DNA of 64,000 bases from an uncultured Veillonellaceae bacterium. GTDB lineage: Bacteria > Bacillota > Negativicutes > JARBTT01. Made by a program: the position numbers and the translations under genes. Each line of letters starts with the position of its first letter. Positions within the stretch are counted from its first letter, which is position 1. Shown in pieces: positions 30,401 to 39,600 of this stretch. The stretch spans positions 192,001 through 256,000 of the forward strand of contig CAWDTA010000003.1 in the NCBI GenBank assembly GCA_963805085.1, in the 5' to 3' direction. The notes beneath the pieces are model-generated. The model worked only from the letters and a program-made list of their open reading frames with translations, did no database searches and was not told the DNA's origin.

Positions 30401-33400
30401 ATTGATCCCCAAGAACGGTTGTTCCTAGAAGTTTGTTGGGAAGTAATAGAAGATGCAGGATACACTAGGGAGCAGCTTGGAGGTGAGTATAATCGGCGGG
30501 TTGGTGTTTTTGCCGGGATTAACAAAACAGGTTTTGAGTTATACGGCCCCGATCTATGGAAACAAGGGAAACTGGCTTATCCTCGTACGTCCTTTGGATC
30601 GGTTGCGAATAGGGTTTCCTATCTCCTCAATTTACAAGGTCCCAGTATGCCGATTGATACGATGTGCTCTTCCTCGTTAACAGCGATTCACGAAGCCTGT
30701 GAACATATTCATCGTGGAGAATGTGAAATGGCGATTGCCGGCGGAGTGAATTTGTACCTGCATTCTTCAAACTATATTGATCTCTGTCATATACACATGC
30801 TATCTGTAGATGGAAAATGCAAAAGCTTTGGCCTGGGGGGGGACGGCTTCGTACCTGGTGAAGGAGTTGGCGTTGTTTTACTGAAGCCTTTGTCACAAGC
30901 GACTGCAGATGGGGATCATATTTATGCTGTAATTCGAGGGACCAGTATTAACCATGGCGGAAAAACGAATGGATATACAGTGCCAAATCCGATCGCCCAG
31001 GGCGATCTCATTCGCTTGGCCCTAGATAAAGCAGGGGTTGATGCCCGGGCCGTCAGTTATATCGAAGCACATGGAACAGGGACAGCACTTGGCGATCCGA
31101 TTGAAATCGCAGGATTAAGCCAGGCATTCAAAAAGGATACTCAAGATACAGGATTTTGTGCCATTGGTTCCGTAAAATCAAATATTGGCCATTTGGAGGC
31201 GGCAGCAGGAATTGCAGGAATTACCAAAATCGTGCTGCAAATGAAACATCAGCAGATCGTTCCCAGCCTGTATGCTACGGAATTGAATCCGAATATTAAT
31301 TTTGCCAAAACCCCTTTTGTAGTTCAGCAGGCGTTGGTAGAATGGAAACGACCAGTGGTTGAGATAAATGGGGAAACCAAGGAATATCCAAGGATTGCTG
31401 GCATTTCGTCCTTTGGTGCAGGTGGATCAAACGCCCATGTAGTGATGGAGGAATACATTCCACAAAATCTGGAGCGGCATTGCGGAGCCATCAATCCACA
31501 AAATCCAGCCATTATCGTGCTGTCGGCTAAGAATGAAGAACGGCTCCAAGTGCAGGTACAGCAATTGTTGACCGCGATTCAGGAGCAGCAATTTATAGAT
31601 AGTAATTTAATTGATATCGCCTATACGTTACAAGTAGGACGTGAGGCTCTGGAAGAACGCTTGGCAATGCTTGTAGGATCAGTCAAAGAGCTGGTGGAAA
31701 AATTGAATAAATTTATAAAAGGGCAGGATGGCGTGATAGATCTGTATCGAGGACAGGTCCAGAATAATAAGGAAACTTTTGCTGCGCTAGCAATGGATGA
31801 AGAAATGCAGGAAACCATTAAAAAGTGGATTCAGCGCAAAAAGTATGCGAAACTTCTCGGCCTTTGGGTTAAGGGATTCTTTGTTGATTGGAATAAGCTT
31901 TATGTCGATACCAAACCTCGTCGCGTCAGTTTGCCTACGTATTCCTTTGCCAAGGAACGCTATTGGTTGCCGGAGATTTATGCCCAACCTATCTGCAGCC
32001 CAGCGACAACATTAGGCATGAGTGCTGCAATACATCCACTATTGCAGCAAAATACATCAGACTTTTCCGAACAGCGCTTTACATCAACCTTTACTGGTCA
32101 GGAGTTTTTCCTGGCGGATCATGTAGTGAAGGGGCAGCGGGTTTTACCTGGGGTGGCCTATCTTGAAATGGCCCGGGCCGCGGTGAAGCAAGCAACAGGA
32201 GCTCTAGAAGAAGATCAGACAGGGATACGGCTGGAAAATGTAGTATGGGTTCGACCTGTTGTGGTGGGAGAACAGCCGATAAAGGTGCACATTGGGCTCT
32301 TCCCTGAAGATAACGGCGAGATTACCTTTGAGATATATAGTGATTCAGAAGAGGCTGGCACCGAGCCTATAGTGCACAGCCAGGGTAGAGTCGTGCTGGG
32401 ATCGGTTCGAAAAGCGCAGGTTTTGGATCTGCCAGCCTTACAAGCTCAGTGTAGCCAAAGTACTCTGTCATCCAGTCAATGCTACGAGGCTTTTAAGGTG
32501 ATGGGGATCGGCTATGGATCAGCATACCGAGGAATTGAAATGGTTTATGTAGGTTCGGATCAGGTCTTGGCAAAATTATCTTTGCCTTTATCCGTTTCCA
32601 ATACCCAGGAACAGTTTGTCCTCCATCCCAGTTTGATGGATTCGGCATTACAGGCGTCACTGGGACTGATCATGAGTTCTGGTGATGGAATCATCAGAAC
32701 GGCTCCCCTCGAACCAGCCTTGCCCTTTGCTTTGCAGGAGATTGAGATTCTTGGCAATTGCACCTCTGCGATGTGGACGCTGATTCGTTATGCTGACGGC
32801 AGTAAAGCTGGGGATAAGGTGCAGAAACTTGATATTGATTTGTATGACGTTCAAGGGAATGCTTGTGTGCGAATGAAGGGATTATCATTCAGAGTGCTGG
32901 AGGGAGAGGTGGTTTCAGTAAGATCCTCGGCCATACCCGGGACGTTAATGCTGCACCCTTGCTGGAAAGAACAAGCAGTTATCCGAGAAATCATCGTTCC
33001 TGACTATGTTCAGCATGTGGTAGTGCTCTGTGAAATCAATAATATTTCTCCGGAAACTATCGAAACTCAAATAAACGGGGTGCGCTGCCTCACACCAGCG
33101 TCTAAATATAAAGGCATTGGGGAACGGTTCCAAGACTATGCCACCCAAGTGTTTGAAGAAATCCAGAGCATTCTTAAGGTCAAGCCTGCGGAACATGTGT
33201 TAGTACAGATTGTCACTTGCAATCAAGGAGAACAACAACTTTTCGCTGGAATTTTAGGACTATTGAAAACAGCCCAATTAGAAAATCCTAAGCTATTCGG
33301 GCAACTGGTTGAAATAGAACCAGATGAAGCTACGGAAGGAATCATCGAGAAACTGCAGGAGAACAGCCAGAAATCCATGGATAATCGTGTGCGCTACAAA

Positions 33401-36400
33401 GATGGCAAACGATATGTGGCCGTATTACGTGAATTGGAAACTTCCCGTGAAGCAGTAGGGATTCCTTGGAAAGACCAGGGTATCTACCTGATTACTGGCG
33501 GTGCCGGCAGGTTGGGACTCATTTTTGCTAAAGAAATTGCGCATCAAGTTGGGGATGCTACACTGGTTCTCACGGGCAGATCGCCCCTTGACGAGAAGAA
33601 GAAAGCTGAGCTAAAGGAGCTGCAGGATTTTGGTACTCGGATCGAATATAGGCAAGTGGACGTGACCAAAGAGAAGGCGGTTGTTAACTTAATCCAAAGC
33701 ATCCAGGCTGACTTTGGCGGTATCAACGGCATCATCCATAGTGCGGGCGTGATTCAGGACAACTTTATCATTAAAAAAACTAGGGAAGACCTACAAGAAG
33801 TGTTGGCTCCTAAAGTCACTGGTTTGGTGCATCTGGATCGGGCGAGCCGGGAGTTGAAGCTCGACTTTTTCATCCTCTTTTCCTCCATAGCAGGAAGACT
33901 AGGCAACCCAGCTCAGGCCGATTACGCGGCTGCCAATGCCTTTATGGATGCCTATGCCAAGTATCGCAATACTCTGGTGTCATCAAAACAATGCCACGGT
34001 CAAACCTTGTCAATTAACTGGCCTCTGTGGCAAGAGGGGGGGATGCGCGTTGATGCAGAAAATGAAAAGATGATGAGGCAAAGTACAGGTATGATTGCCA
34101 TGCAGACATCAACTGGCATCAGAACTTTGTATCAAAGCATAGCCTTTGCCAAAGATCAGGTGATGGTGCTGGAAGGCAATGTGGTGCAATTAAGGCACTG
34201 GCTAGAATTGAATTTGGCCTCCCGCAAGATCACAAACCCAAAAGAAAAAAACAGTGCAGTTGATGATTCCCTAGAAGTACAAACCTTGAATTTTGTTAAA
34301 GAAATTCTGGCGAATGAAATTAAACTATCCCAAGAAAGGATTCAGATAGATATTCCGTTTGAAAAATATGGAGTAGATTCTATTGTGCAAATGAATCTGA
34401 TCCGAGAGATAGAGAAGGTAACAGGTGAGCTTTCAAAAACCCTACTATTTGAATATAGCAATATTCAGGAACTAGTAGAATATCTTGTGAAAAATCATGG
34501 AAATAAGTTGATGGAATCGATTGCATTAGAAAACGATAAAGTTTTAAAGCAAGAGACAGCTATCCTCCCGGGATTTTCGGAAGATAAATCCCAAACTTTG
34601 CAAAAGAGGCACCGTTTTACAAACTTCACAAAAGCAGAATCTTCCTTAACAATACAAAAAACAGAAGATATTGCAATAATTGGCATTAGCGGACGCTATC
34701 CCTTATCAAATACGCTGGAAGAACTCTGGGAGCATTTGAAAGATGGAGATAATTGTATTACTGAAGCTCCCGCGGATCGATGGAATATTTCGTTAACCAC
34801 GGTATTGACCGAAGATCAATTACAGCATCAAAATCAAAGGTATTATGGTGGTTTCTTAGATCATATTAATCACTTTGACCATAATTTGTTTGAATTTGCT
34901 CAAGAGCAGGTGATAGAACTTTCCCCGGAACTTCGATTATTTCTGGAGATTGCCTGGGAAACCTTTGAGGATGCAGGTTATAGCAAAACGTTGTTGCAAG
35001 AGCTGCAAACTAGAAATCACAGCGGGGTTGGGGTATTTGTAGGAACCATGTATAATCAATATTCTTGGACGATTCCTTCGTTGGAACAAGCAGTGCTAAG
35101 CTCTAATTCAACTGACTGGCAAATTGCCAATCGTACTTCTCATTTCTTTAATCTCACCGGCCCAAGTATAGCAGTCAATTCCGCGTGTTCCAGTTCTTTA
35201 ACCGCAATTCATCTGGCTTGTGAAAGTCTAAAACAGAGGAGTTGTTCTATGGCCATAGCCGGTGGGGTTAATTTAACGTTAGATCCCTCTAAATATAAAG
35301 GGCTACAACAGATAAAATTTTTAGGGAGTGGCAACCAAAGTAAAAGTTTTGGAACTGGTAATGGATATATTCCAGGGGAAGGTGTAGGTGCAGTACTGCT
35401 AAAACCGCTTTCTCTAGCGATTAAAGATGGTGATCGGATTCATGCGGTAATTAAAAGCAGCTTTATCAATCACAGTGGGGGCCGACAGGCGTATACCGCT
35501 CCCGAGCCAAAGCAGCAGGCTCAATTGATTACAGAGTCAATGCGGCGTTCGGAAATTGATCCGCTAACCATTGGTTATGTTGAATCAGCGGCTAATGGTT
35601 CGGATTTGGGGGATCCCATTGAGATAGTTGCCCTCAATAATGCGTTCAAGCGATATACCGAAAAACAACAATTTTGTGCACTGGGGTCTGTTAAATCTAA
35701 TCTAGGACACTTGGAAGCAGCCTCCGGAATTTCTCAGCTTAGCAAAGTAATCTTACAAATGAAACACAAAACATTGGTACCAACGATCAATGCGAATCCT
35801 CAAAATCCCAATATCAAGTTGGAACACACTGCGTTTTATCTTCAAAAAGAAACCAGGCCATGGAATCAAACTATTGATGCTCACACTGGAAAAAAACTAC
35901 CCCGAAGGAGCATGATTAATTCCTTTGGCGCAGGAGGAGCTTACGCGAATTTGATTATCGAAGAATTCATGGGAGAAGTTCCAATGAAGGGGTTGAGTAT
36001 ATCTTTACCACCGGAGCAACTCATCATATTTTCAGCAAAAACGAAATGGAGTATGATGAGGTATATTGAAAAAATGCAAGAATTTTTGCAGAAAAACTCC
36101 TCTGTTGACATAGCCGATGTTGCTCGATTATTACAAAAAGTCAACCATAACCTGGAGTATAGGGCTACGATTATAGTGTCGTCTATCCGAGAGTTTGTTG
36201 AAAAACTAAATCTTCTCCAAGAATCAAGAGACAATTTGACAGATTCAAATATTTGTATCTCTTCAGGATTTGAAATGGATACTAATGATACAAAGTCATT
36301 AATTATACAGCAAGCATTGGAAAAAAAGGATGTAAGGCAATTAGCACAGCTTTGGATAGCCGGTGCAACAATAGATTTTGGGCAACTTAATGAGAATTCG

Positions 36401-36604
36401 GGGACTCCCGCGATAGATTTACCCAAATATGCTTTTGAACATCATATTACGTTTGATTTTAATAATAATTATCTGATAAATAAGGAAGATGAAACTGCAA
36501 AATGTGATGACGAGTTTTATCGAATTCTTTTAGAGAAAATAGCCAAAGGTGAATTATCAGAAGATGAGTTTGCAGATGCAATTAATCTGGCAATTATTGA
36601 ATAA
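24431..36604 (+). CDS. trans-AT PKS loading protein: FAAL-ACP-KS-KR-ACP-KS-DH-KR-ACP-KS0
   Basis: ATG 24431 after AGGGGGA. Fatty acyl-AMP ligase motifs LYTSGS..PKGV, SWMPQFHNFGL, APNFAF, HYGLSE plus an insertion, RSGDLG, SGKVQR. ACP GLDSIQ. KS1 and KS2 have C/H/H. Two KRs and one DH (DHVVKGQRVLPG). The terminal KS has ESAANGS (~35582), so it is a KS0. C-terminal docking helices. Confidence 0.95.
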   Translation: MKQETDHTGVFLLAKLFELHEQLPEKRLFTFQQEKEAPDFLTVKALVNKTKILGSILQQKLAPQEKVLLLFPQGLGYIYSLLACWYANVIAIPIQIAEVAEQEQVLAKISAILIDSQAACIITDTNLKEFLTTQQVVNQMPILNIDELPSDDLSNRKVRPQAPSDIALLLYTSGSISQPKGVMLSHSNLLSQAFMGATHWKVNQESCIVSWMPQFHNFGLFFNLLSPLLTGASSVILSPSSFIKNPKVWLKTIDQYQATHTAAPNFAFDYCCSSINAVTLKECSLHSLQVIVCGGEPVCKETYENFTKKFKTLGLRKNIFCAHYGLSETGSVTTSKPSQPLRFLSLDISLLGEGKIKHTNQKKKSKSVASCGEIDETIQILIVRPETCVPCVPGEIGEIWIQSPSVAMGYLNRPEETESTFSRVLSTTNEGEFFRSGDLGFIENNQLFVVGREKEVIIIHGKNHHPVDIEWTIKKHIPNLTLPMAVFSCEINQQEKVVVVQEVETATHDTVYKKRIGEILAAVSKTHEIEVYEIVFIEKGMIPKTGSGKVQRKLCRNLYINQELSVLYKYQHRGAGVQSKVKTSPPQLDGDILAILKQQVFLPVLSTDLAGLEEVATFSQLGLDSIQYIQISKRIETVFDIEFAPVILFKYSCFTELVEYLSSQIEKRQSQGIDPIKAQADICADTSKVRETSIAIIGVHYNFPGGTSNSDDFWESLMQQKDCITPIAESRPQIVADCQNYNGMLESFPPWGGFIKDVELFDAPFFGISPLEAESMDPQQRKVLELIWSVIENSGYNPYKLAGKDIGLFVGAHNSEYAELVASQPELIDTYGAYLDTGLHMSMIAHRISRWFNFRGPSEVVNTACSSSLVAIHHAVESIYRGESSMAIAGGINLILASRTYRASNKAGMLSKDGRCKTFDEAADGFVRAEGYGAVLLKPYRQAIEDKDTIYGVIKGVVINHDGHSNSLRAPNLNAQKELIKAAYQKSGLPVETISYIETHGTGTPLGDPIEIQALQEAFREINPDLPRAFCGLGTVKTNIGHCESAAGIAGLVKILLSMKYGTLPGILHFKKLNPYISLQNSPFFIVEQTKEWKRFKDSRGKDIPRRAGISSFGFGGANAHVVLEEHISDSTTEQIPLLMDNNKMAIIPISAKTQACLRTYAQELHAFLSKSTAQEQNLRYKLGDITLLDLAYTLQVGRAAMEERIAFLVDGISELMRKLEAFIQNKSDIDNCWQGHVKQGKNMVALLGNDEDSQELVHKWVAKSKLDKVVQYWVQGGTIEWDLLYDQVKPRRINLPTYPFAKIRYWIPKLNASQANSTARVGLVKTPAGHHGTMMLEPGWKEQAITLGSTVPDYEQHLVILCEPAAVLGERIESYINGVRCLVLTSEEDNIAERFQIYASRIFEEIHCMFNGSHKGKLLIQIIVVNQAEKYLFSGLSGMLKTAHLENPKCNGQLIEMEAEVNSDEIIERLEENSLSPMDHHIRYQDGKRYIADWRKQEFSQEVAGIPWKNQGVYLITGGTGGLGQIFAREIVNKVKDTTLILTGRSVLSAFKQGELKELETLGARIEYKQIDVTRKEAVNNLIQYIRKNYGHLHGIIHSAGVSKANFIRKKTQEELQEVLAPKVAGVVNLDQASRDLPLDFFVLFSSIAGSLGVVGQADYAAANAFMDAYAKYRNTMVASKERHGQTLSINWPLWQEGGMRIDAETAKTMQQNTGMIAMQTTTGIWAFYQALASGKAQVMVTEGDLLHMQAQLLEVLPEVHSSYTAQVPAAPVEPWLLREKILHRLKVLFGEVTKISVAGIDPEEPLERYGLDSILITQLNQKLDGIFGELSKTIFYEYQTLNALVEYFTAEYPQKCLQWIGLEDQVQPIQEKSTMSPATDKMPVLASLKTGKKLTPNNSVYEPIAIIGISGRYPKAKTLKEYWDILKTGQDCITEIPHERWSIEGFYHADPQEAVAQGKSYSKWGGFIEGFADFDPLFFSIAPRDAINIDPQERLFLEVCWEVIEDAGYTREQLGGEYNRRVGVFAGINKTGFELYGPDLWKQGKLAYPRTSFGSVANRVSYLLNLQGPSMPIDTMCSSSLTAIHEACEHIHRGECEMAIAGGVNLYLHSSNYIDLCHIHMLSVDGKCKSFGLGGDGFVPGEGVGVVLLKPLSQATADGDHIYAVIRGTSINHGGKTNGYTVPNPIAQGDLIRLALDKAGVDARAVSYIEAHGTGTALGDPIEIAGLSQAFKKDTQDTGFCAIGSVKSNIGHLEAAAGIAGITKIVLQMKHQQIVPSLYATELNPNINFAKTPFVVQQALVEWKRPVVEINGETKEYPRIAGISSFGAGGSNAHVVMEEYIPQNLERHCGAINPQNPAIIVLSAKNEERLQVQVQQLLTAIQEQQFIDSNLIDIAYTLQVGREALEERLAMLVGSVKELVEKLNKFIKGQDGVIDLYRGQVQNNKETFAALAMDEEMQETIKKWIQRKKYAKLLGLWVKGFFVDWNKLYVDTKPRRVSLPTYSFAKERYWLPEIYAQPICSPATTLGMSAAIHPLLQQNTSDFSEQRFTSTFTGQEFFLADHVVKGQRVLPGVAYLEMARAAVKQATGALEEDQTGIRLENVVWVRPVVVGEQPIKVHIGLFPEDNGEITFEIYSDSEEAGTEPIVHSQGRVVLGSVRKAQVLDLPALQAQCSQSTLSSSQCYEAFKVMGIGYGSAYRGIEMVYVGSDQVLAKLSLPLSVSNTQEQFVLHPSLMDSALQASLGLIMSSGDGIIRTAPLEPALPFALQEIEILGNCTSAMWTLIRYADGSKAGDKVQKLDIDLYDVQGNACVRMKGLSFRVLEGEVVSVRSSAIPGTLMLHPCWKEQAVIREIIVPDYVQHVVVLCEINNISPETIETQINGVRCLTPASKYKGIGERFQDYATQVFEEIQSILKVKPAEHVLVQIVTCNQGEQQLFAGILGLLKTAQLENPKLFGQLVEIEPDEATEGIIEKLQENSQKSMDNRVRYKDGKRYVAVLRELETSREAVGIPWKDQGIYLITGGAGRLGLIFAKEIAHQVGDATLVLTGRSPLDEKKKAELKELQDFGTRIEYRQVDVTKEKAVVNLIQSIQADFGGINGIIHSAGVIQDNFIIKKTREDLQEVLAPKVTGLVHLDRASRELKLDFFILFSSIAGRLGNPAQADYAAANAFMDAYAKYRNTLVSSKQCHGQTLSINWPLWQEGGMRVDAENEKMMRQSTGMIAMQTSTGIRTLYQSIAFAKDQVMVLEGNVVQLRHWLELNLASRKITNPKEKNSAVDDSLEVQTLNFVKEILANEIKLSQERIQIDIPFEKYGVDSIVQMNLIREIEKVTGELSKTLLFEYSNIQELVEYLVKNHGNKLMESIALENDKVLKQETAILPGFSEDKSQTLQKRHRFTNFTKAESSLTIQKTEDIAIIGISGRYPLSNTLEELWEHLKDGDNCITEAPADRWNISLTTVLTEDQLQHQNQRYYGGFLDHINHFDHNLFEFAQEQVIELSPELRLFLEIAWETFEDAGYSKTLLQELQTRNHSGVGVFVGTMYNQYSWTIPSLEQAVLSSNSTDWQIANRTSHFFNLTGPSIAVNSACSSSLTAIHLACESLKQRSCSMAIAGGVNLTLDPSKYKGLQQIKFLGSGNQSKSFGTGNGYIPGEGVGAVLLKPLSLAIKDGDRIHAVIKSSFINHSGGRQAYTAPEPKQQAQLITESMRRSEIDPLTIGYVESAANGSDLGDPIEIVALNNAFKRYTEKQQFCALGSVKSNLGHLEAASGISQLSKVILQMKHKTLVPTINANPQNPNIKLEHTAFYLQKETRPWNQTIDAHTGKKLPRRSMINSFGAGGAYANLIIEEFMGEVPMKGLSISLPPEQLIIFSAKTKWSMMRYIEKMQEFLQKNSSVDIADVARLLQKVNHNLEYRATIIVSSIREFVEKLNLLQESRDNLTDSNICISSGFEMDTNDTKSLIIQQALEKKDVRQLAQLWIAGATIDFGQLNENSGTPAIDLPKYAFEHHITFDFNNNYLINKEDETAKCDDEFYRILLEKIAKGELSEDEFADAINLAIIE

Positions 36605-36681
36605 CCTTTATAAAGATTCGACTGCCATTTTGCTGGGTAAAGTACCATGTCCAGCATGTGTTAGAAGGGGGAGAAATAGAA

Positions 36682-39600
36682 ATGGATAATCAACTTAGTT
36701 CTTTATATCAACAGATAAGAGAAAGAAAAATAAGTCAAGAAGAAGCTTTGCGGCAAATTAAGGGATTTACGGATCAGTATTGCCTCAAAACTACTATGTC
36801 ATCGAACCTTGGGAATGATCGTAATTTTGTTCCTGAAATTTATGTATATGAGGAACCTTATCTGAGAGATCATACAGTTTACAATGAACGAGTACTCCTC
36901 GGAGTGACTTATGGCAGCTTAGCAATCAATGCTTTTTTTCATATTTTCCCAAAAGAAAACAACGTTCATCTTCATCGTCTAAGTTTTACCAAAGCTGTTC
37001 AAGTACAAAAAAATCAATGCGTGGAAGTTCAAGTTGAAGCAGTTCCCAAAGGACCCATAATGGATTTTCAAGTTAGGTATCGTTATGCATTATCTGCGAC
37101 ATGGGTTTTGGCTGCTTCGGGCAATTTACAACAAGGTTCCTTTGAAATGAGAAAAATAGATATAGAAAATATCAAAGATTCTCTACTAGAATTGCACCAT
37201 TTTAGTCCGATTTATACAAGCAATCCAGCTATTGGATTGGGTGACAGCTTTAAACCTATCACTCATATTTTTACGGGAAAAGATCAGGTGCTTGCAAGGG
37301 TTGTATTAAGTCAAACAACACGAGCGGAAAAGCATGAGTATGTTTTGCATCCACTCATTATCAATAGTGCTTTTCTGGCAGTGAATTCTTTACTCAAAAA
37401 AGCAGATATGGAAGAAGGCTTTTTACCATTTGGAATTAAAGATATGTATTGCAAAAAAAACGGTAGGCTAGAACAATGTTGGGTGCTTGTAAGATTAGTC
37501 AAGAATTCAGGAGAAATGATTATTTTTGATGCAGAGGTAATTGATGATCAGTCGCAGGTTGTGGCCCATCTTGCAGGATGCTCTATAAAACGACTGCGTT
37601 CTGAAGGACAAGTTTCTTTACAAGATCATTTGATGGTCGATTTTCCAGAATTACAACAGCAAAAACGGATGGCTACAGAAGGAAATCAATTGGAAAAATT
37701 GACAAATACGACCGATCTTAAGAATAAAATAAAAAAATATTTAATTCATAAGGTAAGTAAGATTATACCTGAATTTTTAAACCTTCAGAACTTTACGGCG
37801 AACCTCATGGACTTGGGATTGCAATCTTCCCAGCTGATTGCAATGACTGATGAGATTAAACAGGAAACAAACGTTGAATTATATCCAACGTTATTTTTCG
37901 AATACCCTAGTATTGAAGAACTTGTGGAATACTTTGCGCAAGAGCACCAAGAATCATTCATTCAATTATTAGGAATTGATGAAAAAAAATCTCGGGTTTC
38001 TGAGAATATCCCTAAAGTTCAAACATTCATTCCCTCAAAGGACGCTCAGGAAAATTTACAATCCAAGCCTATATTGCAAATACCTACTAATACATACGCG
38101 GAGCCAAGTAGAGATGATATTGCGATAATTGGGATGCATGGTTTGTTTGCAGAGGCTTCTCATTTGAATCAGTTCTGGCAAAATCTATGTGATAAAAAAG
38201 ATTTAATAAAGGAAATCCCTATTGATCATTGGAATTATCAGCCTTGGTATGATAAGAACCCGGAAACAAAAGATAAAACCTATTGTAAATGGGGGAGCTT
38301 TATCGATGATGTCGATAAATTTGATGCCGATTTTTTTAATATTTCTCGCCGCGAAGCTGAGTGGATGGATCCCCAGCTTCGATTATTGTTGCAAAGTATT
38401 TACTCCACAGGAGAGGATGCCGGGTATATCAATCAATTGCGAGGGACGAATACAGGCGTATTTGTGGGGGTCTGTTTTCATGATTACGCGGATAAGATTG
38501 CGGAGATGAACATACCTGTGGATCCCTATATGGGAACAGGAAATGTACAAACGGTAATCGCTAATCGTGTTTCATTTTTATTTGACTTTACGGGTCCCAG
38601 CATTGCCGTAGATACGGCCTGTTCCTCTTCTTTGTTTGCTTTACATTATGCCTGTCAGGCTTTGCGCAATAAAGAATGTAATATGGCTTTTGTGGGAGGC
38701 GTAAATTTGCTTTTGGCTTCTGCTCATTATCGTTATTTTTCCAGTATTGGCGCTTTATCACCCACGGGACGTTGTCATACTTTTGATGAAGCGGCCGATG
38801 GCTATGTTCCGGGGGAATGCATTGCCAGTATCTTGTTGAAACCATTAGAGCAAGCCAGAAGAGATGGCGATCATATTTATGCAGTTATTAAAGGTTCAGC
38901 CGCTTTGCATGGGGGATATACCCCTTCTTTAACCGCACCGAGTGTTGAAGGTGAAGAAAATGTTATTTTGAAAGCATGGGAAGATGCTGGAATCAATCCT
39001 GAAACCCTAACTTATATCGAAGCCCATGGTACAGGCACAAAACTAGGCGATCCGATTGAAATTAACAGTCTAAAAAAAGCATTCAAGAGATTTACCGATA
39101 AAGAGCAATTCTGTGCAGTAGGATCTGCCAAGGCCCATATCGGTCATGCTGAAGGTGCAGCAGGAATTGCAGCAATTATAAAAGTTATTATGCAAATGAA
39201 ACAAAAGCAAATCCCTGCTATGCCGCAGTTTAAAAAGTTGAATCCGTACATTCAGTTGGCTAAATCAGCGCTTTATATTAATCATGAAATTGAAGAATGG
39301 AAAAGCTCGTCCGGCATACCAAGGCGGGCCGGAGTGAATTCTTTTGGCTTTTCAGGGGCCAATGCCCATGTTGTGATCGAAGAATACATACCTAAAGAAC
39401 AGGTACAATCTCCAATTACGGTCACTACCGGGAATCCGGCTATTATTGTACTGTCAGCCAAGAATAAAGAACGACTCCAAGAACAGGTGCAGCAATTATT
39501 GGCTGCAATCCAGACACAGCAGTTTACGGATAGCGATTTGACTGACATGGCTTACACTCTCCAAGTAGGGCGCGAGGCAATGGAAGAGCGCCTGGGATTA

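Noticed and set aside
36830-37600. N-terminal hot-dog domain as an ordinary DH or a pyran synthase
   Set aside because: It lacks H-x8-P and the catalytic Asp of a DH, and lacks the shortened H-x4-P motif of a PS. H-x8-L plus Asn fits an enoyl isomerase.
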